A DNA stretch of 64,000 nt from Anolis carolinensis (Eukaryota), in contig NC_085842.1 of assembly GCF_035594765.1 (NCBI RefSeq), forward strand, positions 180,371,036-180,435,035. Reading direction: 5' to 3'. The notes below the pieces were generated by a model, which was given only the letters and a program-made list of their open reading frames with translations, ran no database searches and was not told the DNA's origin. The position numbers were made by a program, and so were the translations under genes. Positions 28,033 through 39,600 of the stretch are shown piece by piece; positions within the stretch are counted from its first letter, which is position 1; each line of letters opens with the position of its first letter.

Positions 28033-30762
28033 GCTTAGGATGTTGGAAAAGCTTTTTGCAGAGGTCACTTAACCAAAAGAAAACATATCTGGATCTCAAG
28101 AGAGGAAGGCAGTCAGAGAACCCTAACAAAGACATGGCTACACTCTTTGCTAGCCTTTCCCAAATTTAACTTCATGAAAGATAAAAACAGGGTAACCAAT
28201 GAGGTAGTAAATACAGGACACAGGTCGATCTAAAAATGCCAAAGAGCATTTATGCACTCATTGGGCTGATGTCAAACCTGCAACTAACCTATGAGAGAAG
28301 AGAAACAGTGCTTTCCTGAATTGATCCAGCCAGATCTGGAGCCACATCAACAGGAGTCTGGGGCCTAAGGGCAAGAGAATAGAAAGCACCATATTTTTAT
28401 GTGCTTGCAAGTTGTTTCTGACCTATGGAGCCCTAAGATGAACCTGTCATGGAATTATCTTGGCAAGATTTGTTCAAAGGGGGTTTATCTTGGCCCTCCT
28501 CTGAGGCTGAGAGAATGTAACTTGCCCAAGGTCACCCAGTTGATTTCCATGGCTGAGTGTGGTCCCAATCCGGCATTCAAACCACTACACCACACTGTTC
28601 CTCCAGCCATCAAGGCATATGTAATTTTGCTGCATTAATATTACATCTCTCCTCCAGTGAGTGCAATGTGGTGGACTTGCCTTTTCCCTTACACACAATA
28701 TCCTCAAAACCCACTTGTGAGGTAAAAGACAGGCTGAAAGGGAGTATGAGTGACTGAAGCAAGATTGCCTAGTGAGTTTCAAGGCCCAGGAGTAACTAGA
28801 ATGTCAATGTCCTGGACTCAGTCCAAAACATTGGCTTGTGTGTGGCATCCATTGTGAAACTCTCTGGTACTCTTGAGCAGCCATCCCACTTAATACAATC
28901 AGAGTTTCTGGATGGATTGAACTCTACATCTGTTAATACGTGTGTAAATGTGTGAGTATGGGTGGCGGGTGGGGGTTGCAATGTGTACATTCAGCCTCTG
29001 GCCTCAAGAACATCTTCTGTTAGTCCCATACTAAGCAAGTACAATCCTCTCCTACCAGAAAGAGACAAATGAGCATGGATTGTCTCTCAGGGAGGGAGGA
29101 AGGCCTGGAGCTCTCCTTGCCTGGCACTTTGCCCTGAGGACTCAATATGAATCATGACTCCAGCTGGTTAATATGATGTGATGGCTGCCTCCCAACCCCC
29201 AAGAGCCTGCCTCTTGCCTCCTGCAAGCAAAACAGATGCTGTCTTGCTCAGTAACAATTAAGCAACAGGAAGATCCCAGCCCTCCTCCCACCTCCTTTGT
29301 TGGCCTTGTGCAGCACAGGCAAAGTAGATGACCTGATTCCCACCTTCAGGCGGGTTGCAATGCTATGCCAAAAATCCTACTTTTCCCAATAAAAGTTTTC
29401 ACCTGTGTAAAACTCAATATGTCAAGCTGTTGTTCAAAGCAAAGGAGCATGCCAACCCTTGGCAGAAGAGCCCAAATCCTGAAGGCATAACTTCAATAAT
29501 TCTAGCAAGTGGAGGGAAGCATGGTCCAATATTATGCTTAACTGGAATATGGGGTAGGAATTTGGGGAAACTAGAATTCCAGTTTAGTGCATTGGCTCCG
29601 AACCAGCCCCCCCCCCCCCCCAATGAATCAAACACAATGTTGTGTCTAGGTCTCCCTGACAACATTCCAAGAACATAAATGCTTCTCCTGATTCAGCGCC
29701 ACAAAAAGCTCAATAACAATTCAACCTTCTTGTCACCAAGGGTTTGTGCAAAGTCCCTGCTCCAGCCTGTTGTGCTAAAAGGGAAGAGTTTCCATTTGGA
29801 GAAATCAACCATCTGAATGACTGTACACTTTGTTGCCCAGCAACTGCAACAACATGGTAATTATTGTCACAGTTGTGTCTGTTGTGTTCCTAAAATATCC
29901 AAATTGTGCAAGAAGGAACCCCAGAAGCAATAACATTGGGCTGAATGTGCCAATCTGTGCACATTTTCATTATAGGATTTCTTTGATTTCTGTGATTTAG
30001 GCAAAACACATAAAGAGAATGCGAAAAGGAGTAGATTAGGAAGCTGTTTCCCTCTCTTTGTATTTTACAGAAAGTTCAGGAAATGTTCATGCTGTTGAAT
30101 CTGGCTTCGTATTAAACAGAGAAATCAGAAAAGTTACTTTTTTGGCTTTTATACCCAGCACACCCCATTGGGATGCAAGATGTCCAGATTGTTTCCCACA
30201 TGTTCAGGTAACAATCTGGAAACAGCTGCAAGAGAAGCTTCTCAGAAGCAGCAGGACCTTAGGGAAAGTCTTTAGTTGCTAAGATGTGGGTCATATCTTC
30301 TACCTGCCACACCTTAAAGGCTTTGGCGATGTCAGCTTCAGAAATCTTAAGTATCTGGAGCAGGAAAGGTGTGGTCCTTCAGATAATGCTAGATTGTAAC
30401 TCCTAGCATCCACTGCCACTAGCTATGTTGGTAAGAGACAATGGGAGTTGTAGGCCTACATCATTTAGAGGCCCACAGGTTGCACAGGTCCCCTTTAAAT
30501 ACTATCATAGACTATCATAGACATGTCACATCCAGCACAGAAACCTATGCAGAGATTATATAGCGTGGCCAGCTGGGGTATTCTAGGAGATGTGGTCTCG
30601 AAAGATACCTTCTCCAAGGTTTTATTTTACATTACTGCAGTCACATTAGCTTTGACTAAAATGTGACCACCCTATCTTGTTCCAGTTAACACAGCCTGTT
30701 TCCTCCAAAGACCTAAGGCCAAAAAAAGCCCCCTTAATCCACTCTGACCAGTCATCTCGTAC

Positions 30763-31694
30763 TTGTTGAAGAGGTTGAGGCCGATGCGGTACTGCCGGCG
30801 CTGTACCACGTCATTGTTGAAGGCAGGTGAATCCCAGCTGTGCCGCGTCTCCCGCTGGTAGGTTTGTTTGCAGGGCCCACCAGGGGCCGAGGAGGTGCCA
30901 GTGGGGGCAGGTGGGGGTGGGTCCCGCAGACTGTCGCGAGAGGAGGAGCCTGAGCTGCAATTGATGGTCTCATTGGAATTGGTGGTGCTGTTGAGGCTGT
31001 CGTTGTCACCATCAGAGTTGTCTGGCGGAGGAGGCTGGGGCATCCGGCTGGGGGGCTGAGGGGGCGGCATGGGGAGAGGTGGGGGAGGCTGGTTTTGTTC
31101 CGGATGATAATGCCGATGTGGATGTGGGGAGCGCCCAGGACCAGGAGGGTGGCCAGGAGGGTGGCCAGGAGGGTGGCCAGGAGGGTGGCCAGGAGGGTGT
31201 TTGAGAGTGCCATGGGGGCTGCAGCCATCTTGCTCATAGATCAGGCCCCAGTTGAGAGATCCCCGATCGGAGCGGTCGCTCAGATCCACTGAGCTGTCGC
31301 TGGGAGGTTCAATAGTGAGTAAAGGGAGGTGGGCACCCCGCAGGCGGTAGTCCCGGCACTCCATGCATGGTGTACTCCTCCGGCTAGCGCCCCCATTCTC
31401 CCGGCTGTCCTCACGCTGTGGCCCACCCCAGTACTCTGGCCGTGGGGGTGGTGGAATCGGTACCCCTGTGGTGGGCTCAGGGGGCTCAGTGCTGGGCGGG
31501 CGATCCAGAGAGAGGGGCGATGTGGGAGCTCCTTCATCCAGATATAGCGTCACGTCGCTGAATGAAGTGGCTGCGCTGTCACCCTGCTGCTCCTTGGACT
31601 CGCTCTTTTCCAAGGTAGGGCCTCCTGGTCCCCCCTCTTGCCCAAGCGGGTGGCAGTTCAAGGCTTCATCAATTGATTCTGCCAGAGACTTTAC
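30763..31694 (-). CDS. IQSEC2: IQSEC2 exon 5 equivalent (932 nt), Pro-rich linker and start of Sec7
   Basis: ccaacag|GTA AAG TCT...TTC AAC AA|gtacga; [15 protein letters not shown]...[22 protein letters not shown]...[26 protein letters not shown]. Confidence 0.97.
31141..31199 (-). repeat. Coding tandem repeat, 5 x 12 bp, encoding (HPPG)5
   Basis: Plus strand (ccaggagggtgg)x4 followed by ccaggagggtg. Confidence 0.97.
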
Positions 31695-33189
31695 CTGTTG
31701 GCAAGCAGAAAAGGGAATTAGCCATATGGTGGACTCTACCCAGGACTGTGTAGACAAAAAGAAGCAAGTGGTGGAGTAATGATATTAAAAATGCTATACC
31801 AAAGAAATCCACCTTCTGTGCTCCACATCAATTAAGCAAGCATGTGCAGTAAGCTTTGGATAAGCTTTTATAACACATGCTGCATTTTGCAGGAAGACAA
31901 ATGAGACCTTGAATCAAAGTCCAGTACAGAAATCCAGAAAAAAAGTGACCATACAATTTTACCAACACCAAATGAAATCTGAGCAGGAAATCTAACCCTG
32001 CAGTGTTTTACACAACCATTTAAAATAGCACTGTATGATCCATCTTTCTTATTGCCAAGATCCTTCAATGACTACTCATATTTCTTATTTATCAAAGGTT
32101 TCCTGTAACATAAATTGAAAGTTTCCTCTTTACAAGTTTTATTGTTTCTTTATTTGCTCCTTAATTAGTGCGTTCCTGTTCAATGTGTGCGACACTTTAA
32201 TTATGGCTTTCATTTGATTTTCTCTTTCTTTCTTTCATATACTATAAAATAAAGGAAAAATGTAAGAAAGCAAGTACTTAAAGTCTCTTTCCTATTCCAG
32301 GAAACAGAAGCCAATTTAATGATAGGAAAGTCATCACTAATCCACCAAGCGTATCGAACAGGAAGTTTTAACAGACGCAGAATCTATAAGGAAAGTTTTA
32401 ATTAAAGAAATATGAGCCCTTACAATGCCTTCTCTGCCTACAACAGATAGGAAAGTGGTGCATTTTGTGTGGTACAACTATAAAAAATAACTGAGCCTTG
32501 AACAAAGTAGCTCAAAATTAGAGAATTGGATTAAGTGGATACAATCATTGCAACCTGGAATATCCAGAGTGTTCGAATGATGGAGTTTTGCTCTCTCAAA
32601 GTCCCCAGAATCTAAAATCAGATAGGGGAATGTTCCTACTAACTGACACACACAAAATATTTTTTAAGGCTGTTGATAAGCCATCTCATTCTTACTCTAT
32701 TTTCCTCTTGCCTCTCCCTTAGTCCTTTCCTGAACGTGACACTTCTGCTTCCAAATTAGTTTTTACTGTGACCTGGATGGCAAGAAAACTAGTTTCCAAA
32801 TGAAAGCTAAGATGCTTAAAAAGCTGTTTTCTAGTCAAGAACTGATATCCTCACTTGTTTGATGTCATTCATAGAACTGGGAAACCCACACAGACCGGGA
32901 GGTTGATGGGGTGCGAAATCTTTAAAATACAAAACAACAAAAAGCAAACAAAAAGAGCCTATTTTGAATGCAAATGGGGAATGAAGTACTCAATTTATTA
33001 ACAATTTAGTTCTGTTTCATGATCTGAACTTGATCAATCAATTGTCCACATGTCTTTGCAATAAAAACTGGTTCTGTTATCATTCTTTCTAGATCAGTCA
33101 TGGATAATCTTTTTCAGGTTTTGGGCCTTACTGCCATGCCCTGAATCTAACAAGGGGAGCACTTGATATTTCAAAGATTTACCTAAAGA

Positions 33190-33400
33190 CCTTAAATGCA
33201 CCAGATCTCATCTGATCTTGGAAGCAAAGTATTTTCAGTCCTGGTTAGAATGGCAGAATGTCAATAAATGCCAGATGCTGTAGGTGAAATTTCAGAGAAA
33301 GGAACTAACAAAATTATCTCTTGATGTTCCTTACAAAAGACAACCCTACAAAATTCACGAGTATGCTGTAAGTTAACAGTAAAACACACACACACAAGCA
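33190..33400 (+). mobile_element. 5S rRNA-derived SINE (degenerate)
   Basis: ccagatctcatctgatcttggaagc...ctggttag...gctgtagg matches the 5S core; followed by a non-5S tail. Confidence 0.65.
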
Positions 33401-35390
33401 AGAAAAAACACACATGCCACAAATTATGGTAGTAGGTTAGCAACAATCCATTCTTTCCAGTTTTGTTTACAAACAAGGTATGTGGGAAAGCAAAACAAGG
33501 AGGTGTATTTTCCCCTCATTAGCAGCAATATTATAATAGTGCTGGTGGAGAGAGCACAAAAACTGACAATGCTATCCCACAAGTGACCTGTACACCTACT
33601 TATTGTCCACCTTCCCTCTATAGAATTTAGAACATTTTCAATTAGTGAGATTGTTGTGATCTTAGTATGATAGCTTTTGTTAGGTGGGTATTGTCTGAAT
33701 AACAACAAATCACCCTTTCCCCATCAGATGTGAGACTTGAACTAGGAACTTACTGACTTGGAACTCAAGGTTTTTGAAACCAACCTCATGCTGCATGGGA
33801 ATAAATTTTTATTACTGCCAGTGTAAAGTGTAAATTTATTCACTAAAGACAACTAGGCAGCTTAAAGTATAAATATAATATGAAGCACTTGTTTATTTTT
33901 ATTTTTTTTTCTAATCATTTGAATATTGCCTTTAGGAAATAAAAAAAATCCCAAGGAGATTTACAAAATAAAATCAACAAAGGAGTTAGCAAATGCCATT
34001 TTAAAAACCAAACATCAAACATGATGCTAAGGGGCTGGGCTTATGAAGTGGCTGCCCACCATTTTCAAAGCTCTCCTAGCTTAAGGCAAGTCATCTGTAA
34101 GAGAGTACACAACATTTTATCTCCCTATATTAATTTGCAGGGTGACATGGAATTAATTATGTCAGCTCCTGTTGGAATATAGTAAAGCCCTTATCCCAGG
34201 ATTCTTTAATGAATGGAAAGGCACTGAAACAAAAAGATCAAAGACTATCTGTCCTGTCTTTTTTCCACACCTGGAAAACATGATTTCATGGGCAATGGCT
34301 GCCCAAGCTACTATCAGATCTACTAAGCTTTTAAAAGGAATTTTAACAGGGCATTAAGGTCTGGTACGTTCTTTCCACTTTACCTCTTTCAAATGACAAT
34401 CTGATATTAGTGCAATTCTTTGTTGATTTCGGATGAGTTTTAATGTTTTTTGCAATTATGCTCCCTGTTTGTCTTTTTTTTGAGAAAGAGGTGAAGACAT
34501 TTTTTATAACTAAAATGCAAGTGAATAAGCAGTTCAGAAGAACTGTGGTACTCAAAAGCAGATTTATTCTTCACTGATCCAGAGAGAGTCCTCACTCATT
34601 CAATATCCTTCTATTTTTAAGCTATAAAATCAACGAAAAGGCTATTTGCTGAGAGAGGATGGCCCATCGTAACTTTGGACAAAGCGTTTCTTTTAAAATA
34701 AATATATAATTCCTGCATTCTACTTCTTGGAACCAATAAGATTTGCATTTTCAGTAGAAAGAAGAAGGCTTCTCCTTTCAAATGCCATCTATCAGAGTCA
34801 ATGTTGTTTTTGCAAATTAGTCAATCCTCTCCTTTCAACTGTCTCCATAAATGAAAGCACTGCTTGTTAAAGGAAGTCGTACATCTCTGTGGGCCAACCA
34901 GCATCATGGGTAGTTGGAATTAAGTCCTAGACTTTGTCACTGAAACACCAATTGAGACCTTACGGAGTCAAGGAATGGGCAGTGTACAAAAGTCAGAATT
35001 CACACTGGTACTACAAAAGCTATTAGGGGCTCTTTGATGTAAAACCTAAACATTTCCCATTGAAAACAAAGTGAGTGCAGATATCACATTTTCTCGAAAA
35101 GAAAATACGTTTTTTCCAGCTGCTGCCACTACTAGGAGAGCGAATTTGGAGGTGACAACAGTGGAGACCTAGGAAGTCCAAAAACAGTCAGTGACTACAC
35201 GCTGTTCAGTTCAAGAGACTGAAAGATATGTGAGGATTTGGGAAGGATTGAAAATGAGCACAGAGAGTAGTTAGAAGTCCTGGAAGTTGAAGAAGGCCAA
35301 AAGGGGCAGATCAAGAGGCTATGGGAAGGTTTCAGAGAAAAGAAACAATTTGCTTTGATGGGAAACTATGAAAAAGAGGAGACAGCCTAC

Positions 35391-35789
35391 CTGCTTGGAG
35401 AAGGAGTCCTCAAGCTCTGTGATGTCATTGCAGAAGCCTCCAGAAGAGGAATGCAGGGAGCTGCCATCCAAGCCAGTCCGGCAGGAGCCACCATAGGGTA
35501 AGCCATGGTCCAAGAGATGCGGCCGAGACGTAGCCATGGTGCCTTCGTCCAGAGAAGCAGGTTTCCCTTCAAAGTAAGGGGCATTCTGGGCCTTGTCAAA
35601 CTCCTCAAAGGAGTACTGCATCCGCATGTTGGAAAGAATGATGCGTCGTGACATGCGGCTCTCAGATGCCGAGCTTCGCAGGCGTTCAAACTTCTTGTTC
35701 ATGCGATACTGGCGGAAGGCGGTCTGGATGGTGCGAGCCGCCCGTCGGCTCAGGAAATAGCCCCCATATTTCCGCTCCAGCATCTCCAC
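35391..35789 (-). CDS. IQSEC2: IQSEC2 exon 4 equivalent (399 nt), IQ motif
   Basis: attacag|GTG GAG ATG...AAG CAG|gtaggc; [49 protein letters not shown]...[13 protein letters not shown]. Confidence 0.97.
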
Positions 35790-36198
35790 CTGTAATGGCA
35801 AAGGCTCAGTTGGGATATAGGGTTAAGGACAGCAAGACCTGGGAGGGCACAGAAATCCAGAGGGGTTTTTCTATTTCCTCCTCTCTCGTAGGAAAATATG
35901 AAACAGACAAACTTCAGACTTTGGCTGCAATTCTACTGGCTGGTGTAATTGTTCTGAAATAAAAAGAGATGGAGGCCCTGGTAGTGATTTGGCCACAGAA
36001 GCAATCTGTGGGCACTACAATGGGCACAGATGATGGGAGCTGCAGCAAGCAACCATCTTGGAGGGGAAGAGGTTTGGTGCCTCCCAAGGGGTTAGGGGGC
36101 TATGCATTGTATCTTTCTTTTGCTCCCCACCCTCCACCTTGATGCCCCCACACAATCAAAGATTTCAGGAAATCTCTCCCTATCTCTCATTTCTTCAT

Positions 36199-36372
36199 GT
36201 TGTTTAATGCTTTCATGGCCGGAATCACAGGGTTGTTGTGTGTTTTATGTTTATGGTAGGCATCCTCAGAGGTTGTGAGGTACCTCACAACCTCTGAAGA
36301 TGCTTGCCATAGATGTGGGAGAAACATCAGGACAGAATACTTCTGGAACAGCCCAGAAAACACCCAACAACC
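36199..36372. mobile_element. Penelope-like insertion with inverted pLTR remnants
   Basis: Central palindrome gcatcctcagaggttgtgaggt|acctcacaacctctgaagatgc; 15-bp flanking direct repeat ctctcatttcttcat (36184-36198 / 36373-36387). Confidence 0.8.
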
Positions 36373-37044
36373 CTCTCATTTCTTCATTCAGCTGTAGAGA
36401 ATTGAAACATGGCAAATGGTTCCTGCTCTATGAAGGGATCCCTCCCAGCTAGATCCAAGGCCACACAGCCTTCTCAAGAGCTTTTTGAGTTAAAGTTTTC
36501 CAGACCTTCAAGAACTTGACCTTTGGGCTGGGAGAGGCACTGGCTCCAACTTTAAAAGGAGTGCTGTGAACAGTGGGAATGCCAGTGAAAGCAACTTCAT
36601 CTGGTTTCAGCTGGCCTTCAGGCCTTTTCTTGTGAACTTCTGCTGCAAACCATGGAGGAAATCTGATCACCACCACTTTGATCAAATTTCCAATAAGGAG
36701 TTCTAGGCTTGGAAAGCCTCCTTGGTCTGGCCCTGTTGGGCCCAACAGGACCCTAGCATAGGCCACTTCCCCTCAGCTAAGAGCTTGCTACCTGGAAGAT
36801 GGAAGAAGGGAGGGTAATTTCCCTTGTACCCAAAGTGCTCTCCTAGCTCTGTGTGTGAAAATATAGGGGATTCCACTTTCAGAGTAAGAGGTATTTTAAT
36901 CTTGCATATTGGGACTGGCCAGATGGCCAAACTATAATTCTGCCCCAACATTTGAGGTAAACAAATGGTTCATCTTATTAGAGTTAAAAAAAACCCCCAA
37001 AAACCCGGGACCAACCAACTGTGAAAAAAGTGAATGGGAAAATA

Positions 37045-37378
37045 CAGTAGAGTCCCGCTTATCCAACCTTCACTTATCCAACATTTTGCATTATCCAACG
37101 CAGTCTGCCTTTTAGTAGTCAGTGTTTTTGTAGTCAATGTTTTCAATACATTGCAATGTTTTGGTGCTAAATTCATAAATACAGTAATTACTACATAACG
37201 TTACTGTGTATTGAACTGCTTTTTCCTGTCAATTTGTTGTAAAACATGATGTTTTGATGCTTAATTTGTAAAATCATAACATAATTTCACATTTAAAAGG
37301 CTTTTCCTTAATCCCTCCTTATTATCCAACATTTTCGATTTTCCAACCTTCTGCCGGCCCGTTTATGTTGGATAAGTG
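37045..37378. mobile_element. Tc1/mariner-type MITE, same family and orientation as 24634; right TIR clipped
   Basis: ta|cagtagagtcccgcttatccaac...ccggcccgtttatgttggataagtg. Confidence 0.9.
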
Positions 37379-37541
37379 TATTATGATTTTTCCGCCTGTA
37401 TATTTGGCTGGCACTGAAAGTGGTCTACACATTACTCAATGCCACTTTAGACTACTTCAACTATTATTTTATCCTTCTCTCATTGTAAATCACACAAGAA
37501 ACATTGTGCTCCAAAACTGAGGAGCTTAAAAACATCATTAC

Positions 37542-37833
37542 CTTTTTGTCCTGCAGGTCCGTGGAGAGCTCATAGCTGTCTGACAGAGCCTTGGAACGCT
37601 TGCTCTCCTCCTCTTCCTGCTTCCTCAGCGCCACGCTGGCGGGCTGTAGCCGAGCACGTTGGGCCCACGGTAGCCCCGGGGATGGAGTATGACAGACAGA
37701 GGAAGAAGAGGAGGATGGCACCAAGTCGTAGTGCTCAACTTTGGTCACTTCCGGAGCACAGCGGTAAGGAGCCTGACTGCCCAGATTGTCCACTATAGTA
37801 CCAGTCTCACTTCCTGGTGGATCACCTTCCACA
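37542..37833 (-). CDS. IQSEC2: IQSEC2 exon 3 equivalent (292 nt)
   Basis: tctcttcag|T GTG GAA GGT...AAA AAG|gtaatg; [12 protein letters not shown]...[44 protein letters not shown]. The acceptor is phase 2. Confidence 0.96.
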
Positions 37834-38523
37834 CTGAAGAGAAAGAGGGGATGAGGTTAGATATACAGTAAATCCTCCAACACGACTCTAGAATCAACTT
37901 GTGACATAAGCTGACCACAGAGTTGCATGGAGGAGCTATACATTCATAGAGAAATGTACTCTCAAGTCAAAAACAGCCTTTTTATTTGTGGTTTTTCCAC
38001 TTGAAGAAGCCCTATGCTTCTAACCTCAGTGATTGTGGAAAGACCACTGCAATAGTTGAGGAGGAGCACTGACAAAAGATGAAGAAACTCATTTTAGTAA
38101 CCTGAACAAACTTTACTTCATCCTTCATCCCCTTCCTCTCACATCACAGGCTAGCCCATTTAGCTTTTACTGGTCTAAATCAGCATAATTAACACAATCC
38201 AGGATTGGATTTAATTTCTTTAAAGACAGCAGTATCCTTCAGAAGTATTTCAAGAGTGGCAGTACTGCTGATGGAGTGTATGTAGAATATATAGAATAAC
38301 TGTTCTCCACAAACATAAACTCCCAAATCGCTCCTCATCCTTCTGCGTAACCTGGCTGGAATGGTATTTAGATGTGGAAAACAACACAAAAGGTGGGATA
38401 AACATCCCACAGGGCCATTGATCCAATGAAGATCAGAGTTGATGCCTCTTAACCTTTTCGCCCCACCTCCAGCTTCTTTTTTAATGTTACTAGAGAAAAC
38501 TGCATATCTATATTGGCTTTGAG

Positions 38524-38809
38524 GGAGCCCCCGGTGACACAATGGGTTAAAACCCTTGTGCCGGCAGGACTGCTGACTTGAAGGTTGTATTGCTGACCTG
38601 AAGGTTGCCGGTTCGAATCCAATCTGGTGAGAACACGGATAAGCTCCCTCTGGCAACTCCAGCTCTATGCGGGGACATGAGAAGCCTCCCACAGGGTGGT
38701 AAAACATCAAACATCTGGGCGTCCCCTGGGCAACGTCCTTGCAGACGGCCAATTCTTTCACACCAGAAGCGACTTGCAGTTTCTCAAGTCACTAATGTCA
38801 CACACAAAA
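38524..38809 (+). mobile_element. tRNA-derived SINE (Anolis SINE2-like), full length
   Basis: ggagcccccggtgacacaatggg head; ggttcgaatcc B box; 12-bp TSD attggctttgag (38512-38523 / 38810-38821). Confidence 0.92.
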
Positions 38810-39239
38810 ATTGGCTTTGAGAGGCAGAAAATTTTCTTCCAGAAAATATTCCATAGTTTGAGTGGACATGCAATATAACTGAAAAAGCCACTTCTTTGAA
38901 TAGACAGGCAGGTTCCTCTGGAAATCAATGTGCAACCATTGGAACCTTTGACAAGAAAATATTGGGTGTATGAAAAAGCATATGGACACAGGACTTTTAC
39001 AGAGGTAGATAAAAAAGGAATATTGCTATCTGGATTATGGGCTTTTCCATTCTGCAACACAGTTCTAGTAAATTACTGGTCCATTTTGTTTTGGGATTTT
39101 ATTCAACCTAACAGTTGTTTTGCCTCTTGCAGCCAAGACTTGACCTAAATATAAGACCTTGGGGGCCTTCTATGTTTTTGATATAGCTTTCTTTCTATAT
39201 CTTGTATTTTCCCCACTTGGTGAGGTTAAATTTAGGCCT

Positions 39240-39600
39240 GGGTGTTGTTGACTGCTATGAAGTCAACTTCAACTTATGGAGGCATTATTAATGAAAAATA
39301 TCCAAGTTTCCCTATCATCAACAGCCTTGCTTGAGTCTTACAAATGTAGACAGTTGTGGTGTCCTTGATTTAGTCTATTCAGCTACAATCCCATCTTCTT
39401 TGTCTTTTCTGACAACCCTCTACTTTACCAAGAATTATTTTTTCTAATAAGCCATGTCTTCTCATAATATGGCTAGAGTATGACAGTCTCTGTTTAGTCA
39501 TCTTGGTTCAAAGGAAGAATTCAGGCTTGACTTGCTCCACGACACATTTATTTTGATTTTTTAAGCAGTCAAGAGTATTCACAGAACTCTTTTTTATGGA
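39240..39600 (-). mobile_element. Old RTE-clade LINE 3' fragment
   Basis: Degenerate ctactttaccaag...cttctcataatatggctagagtatgacagtctctgtttagtcatcttgg, resembling an antisense RTE ORF end. Confidence 0.55.

Noticed and set aside
30752-31779. Overlapping alternative-frame and antisense ORFs, including (ATLL)n and (RRVA)n repeats
   Set aside because: By-products of GC-rich exon 5 and its 12-bp repeat.
38189-38761. 190-aa minus-strand ORF
   Set aside because: Begins inside the antisense strand of a SINE; the protein has no recognisable features.
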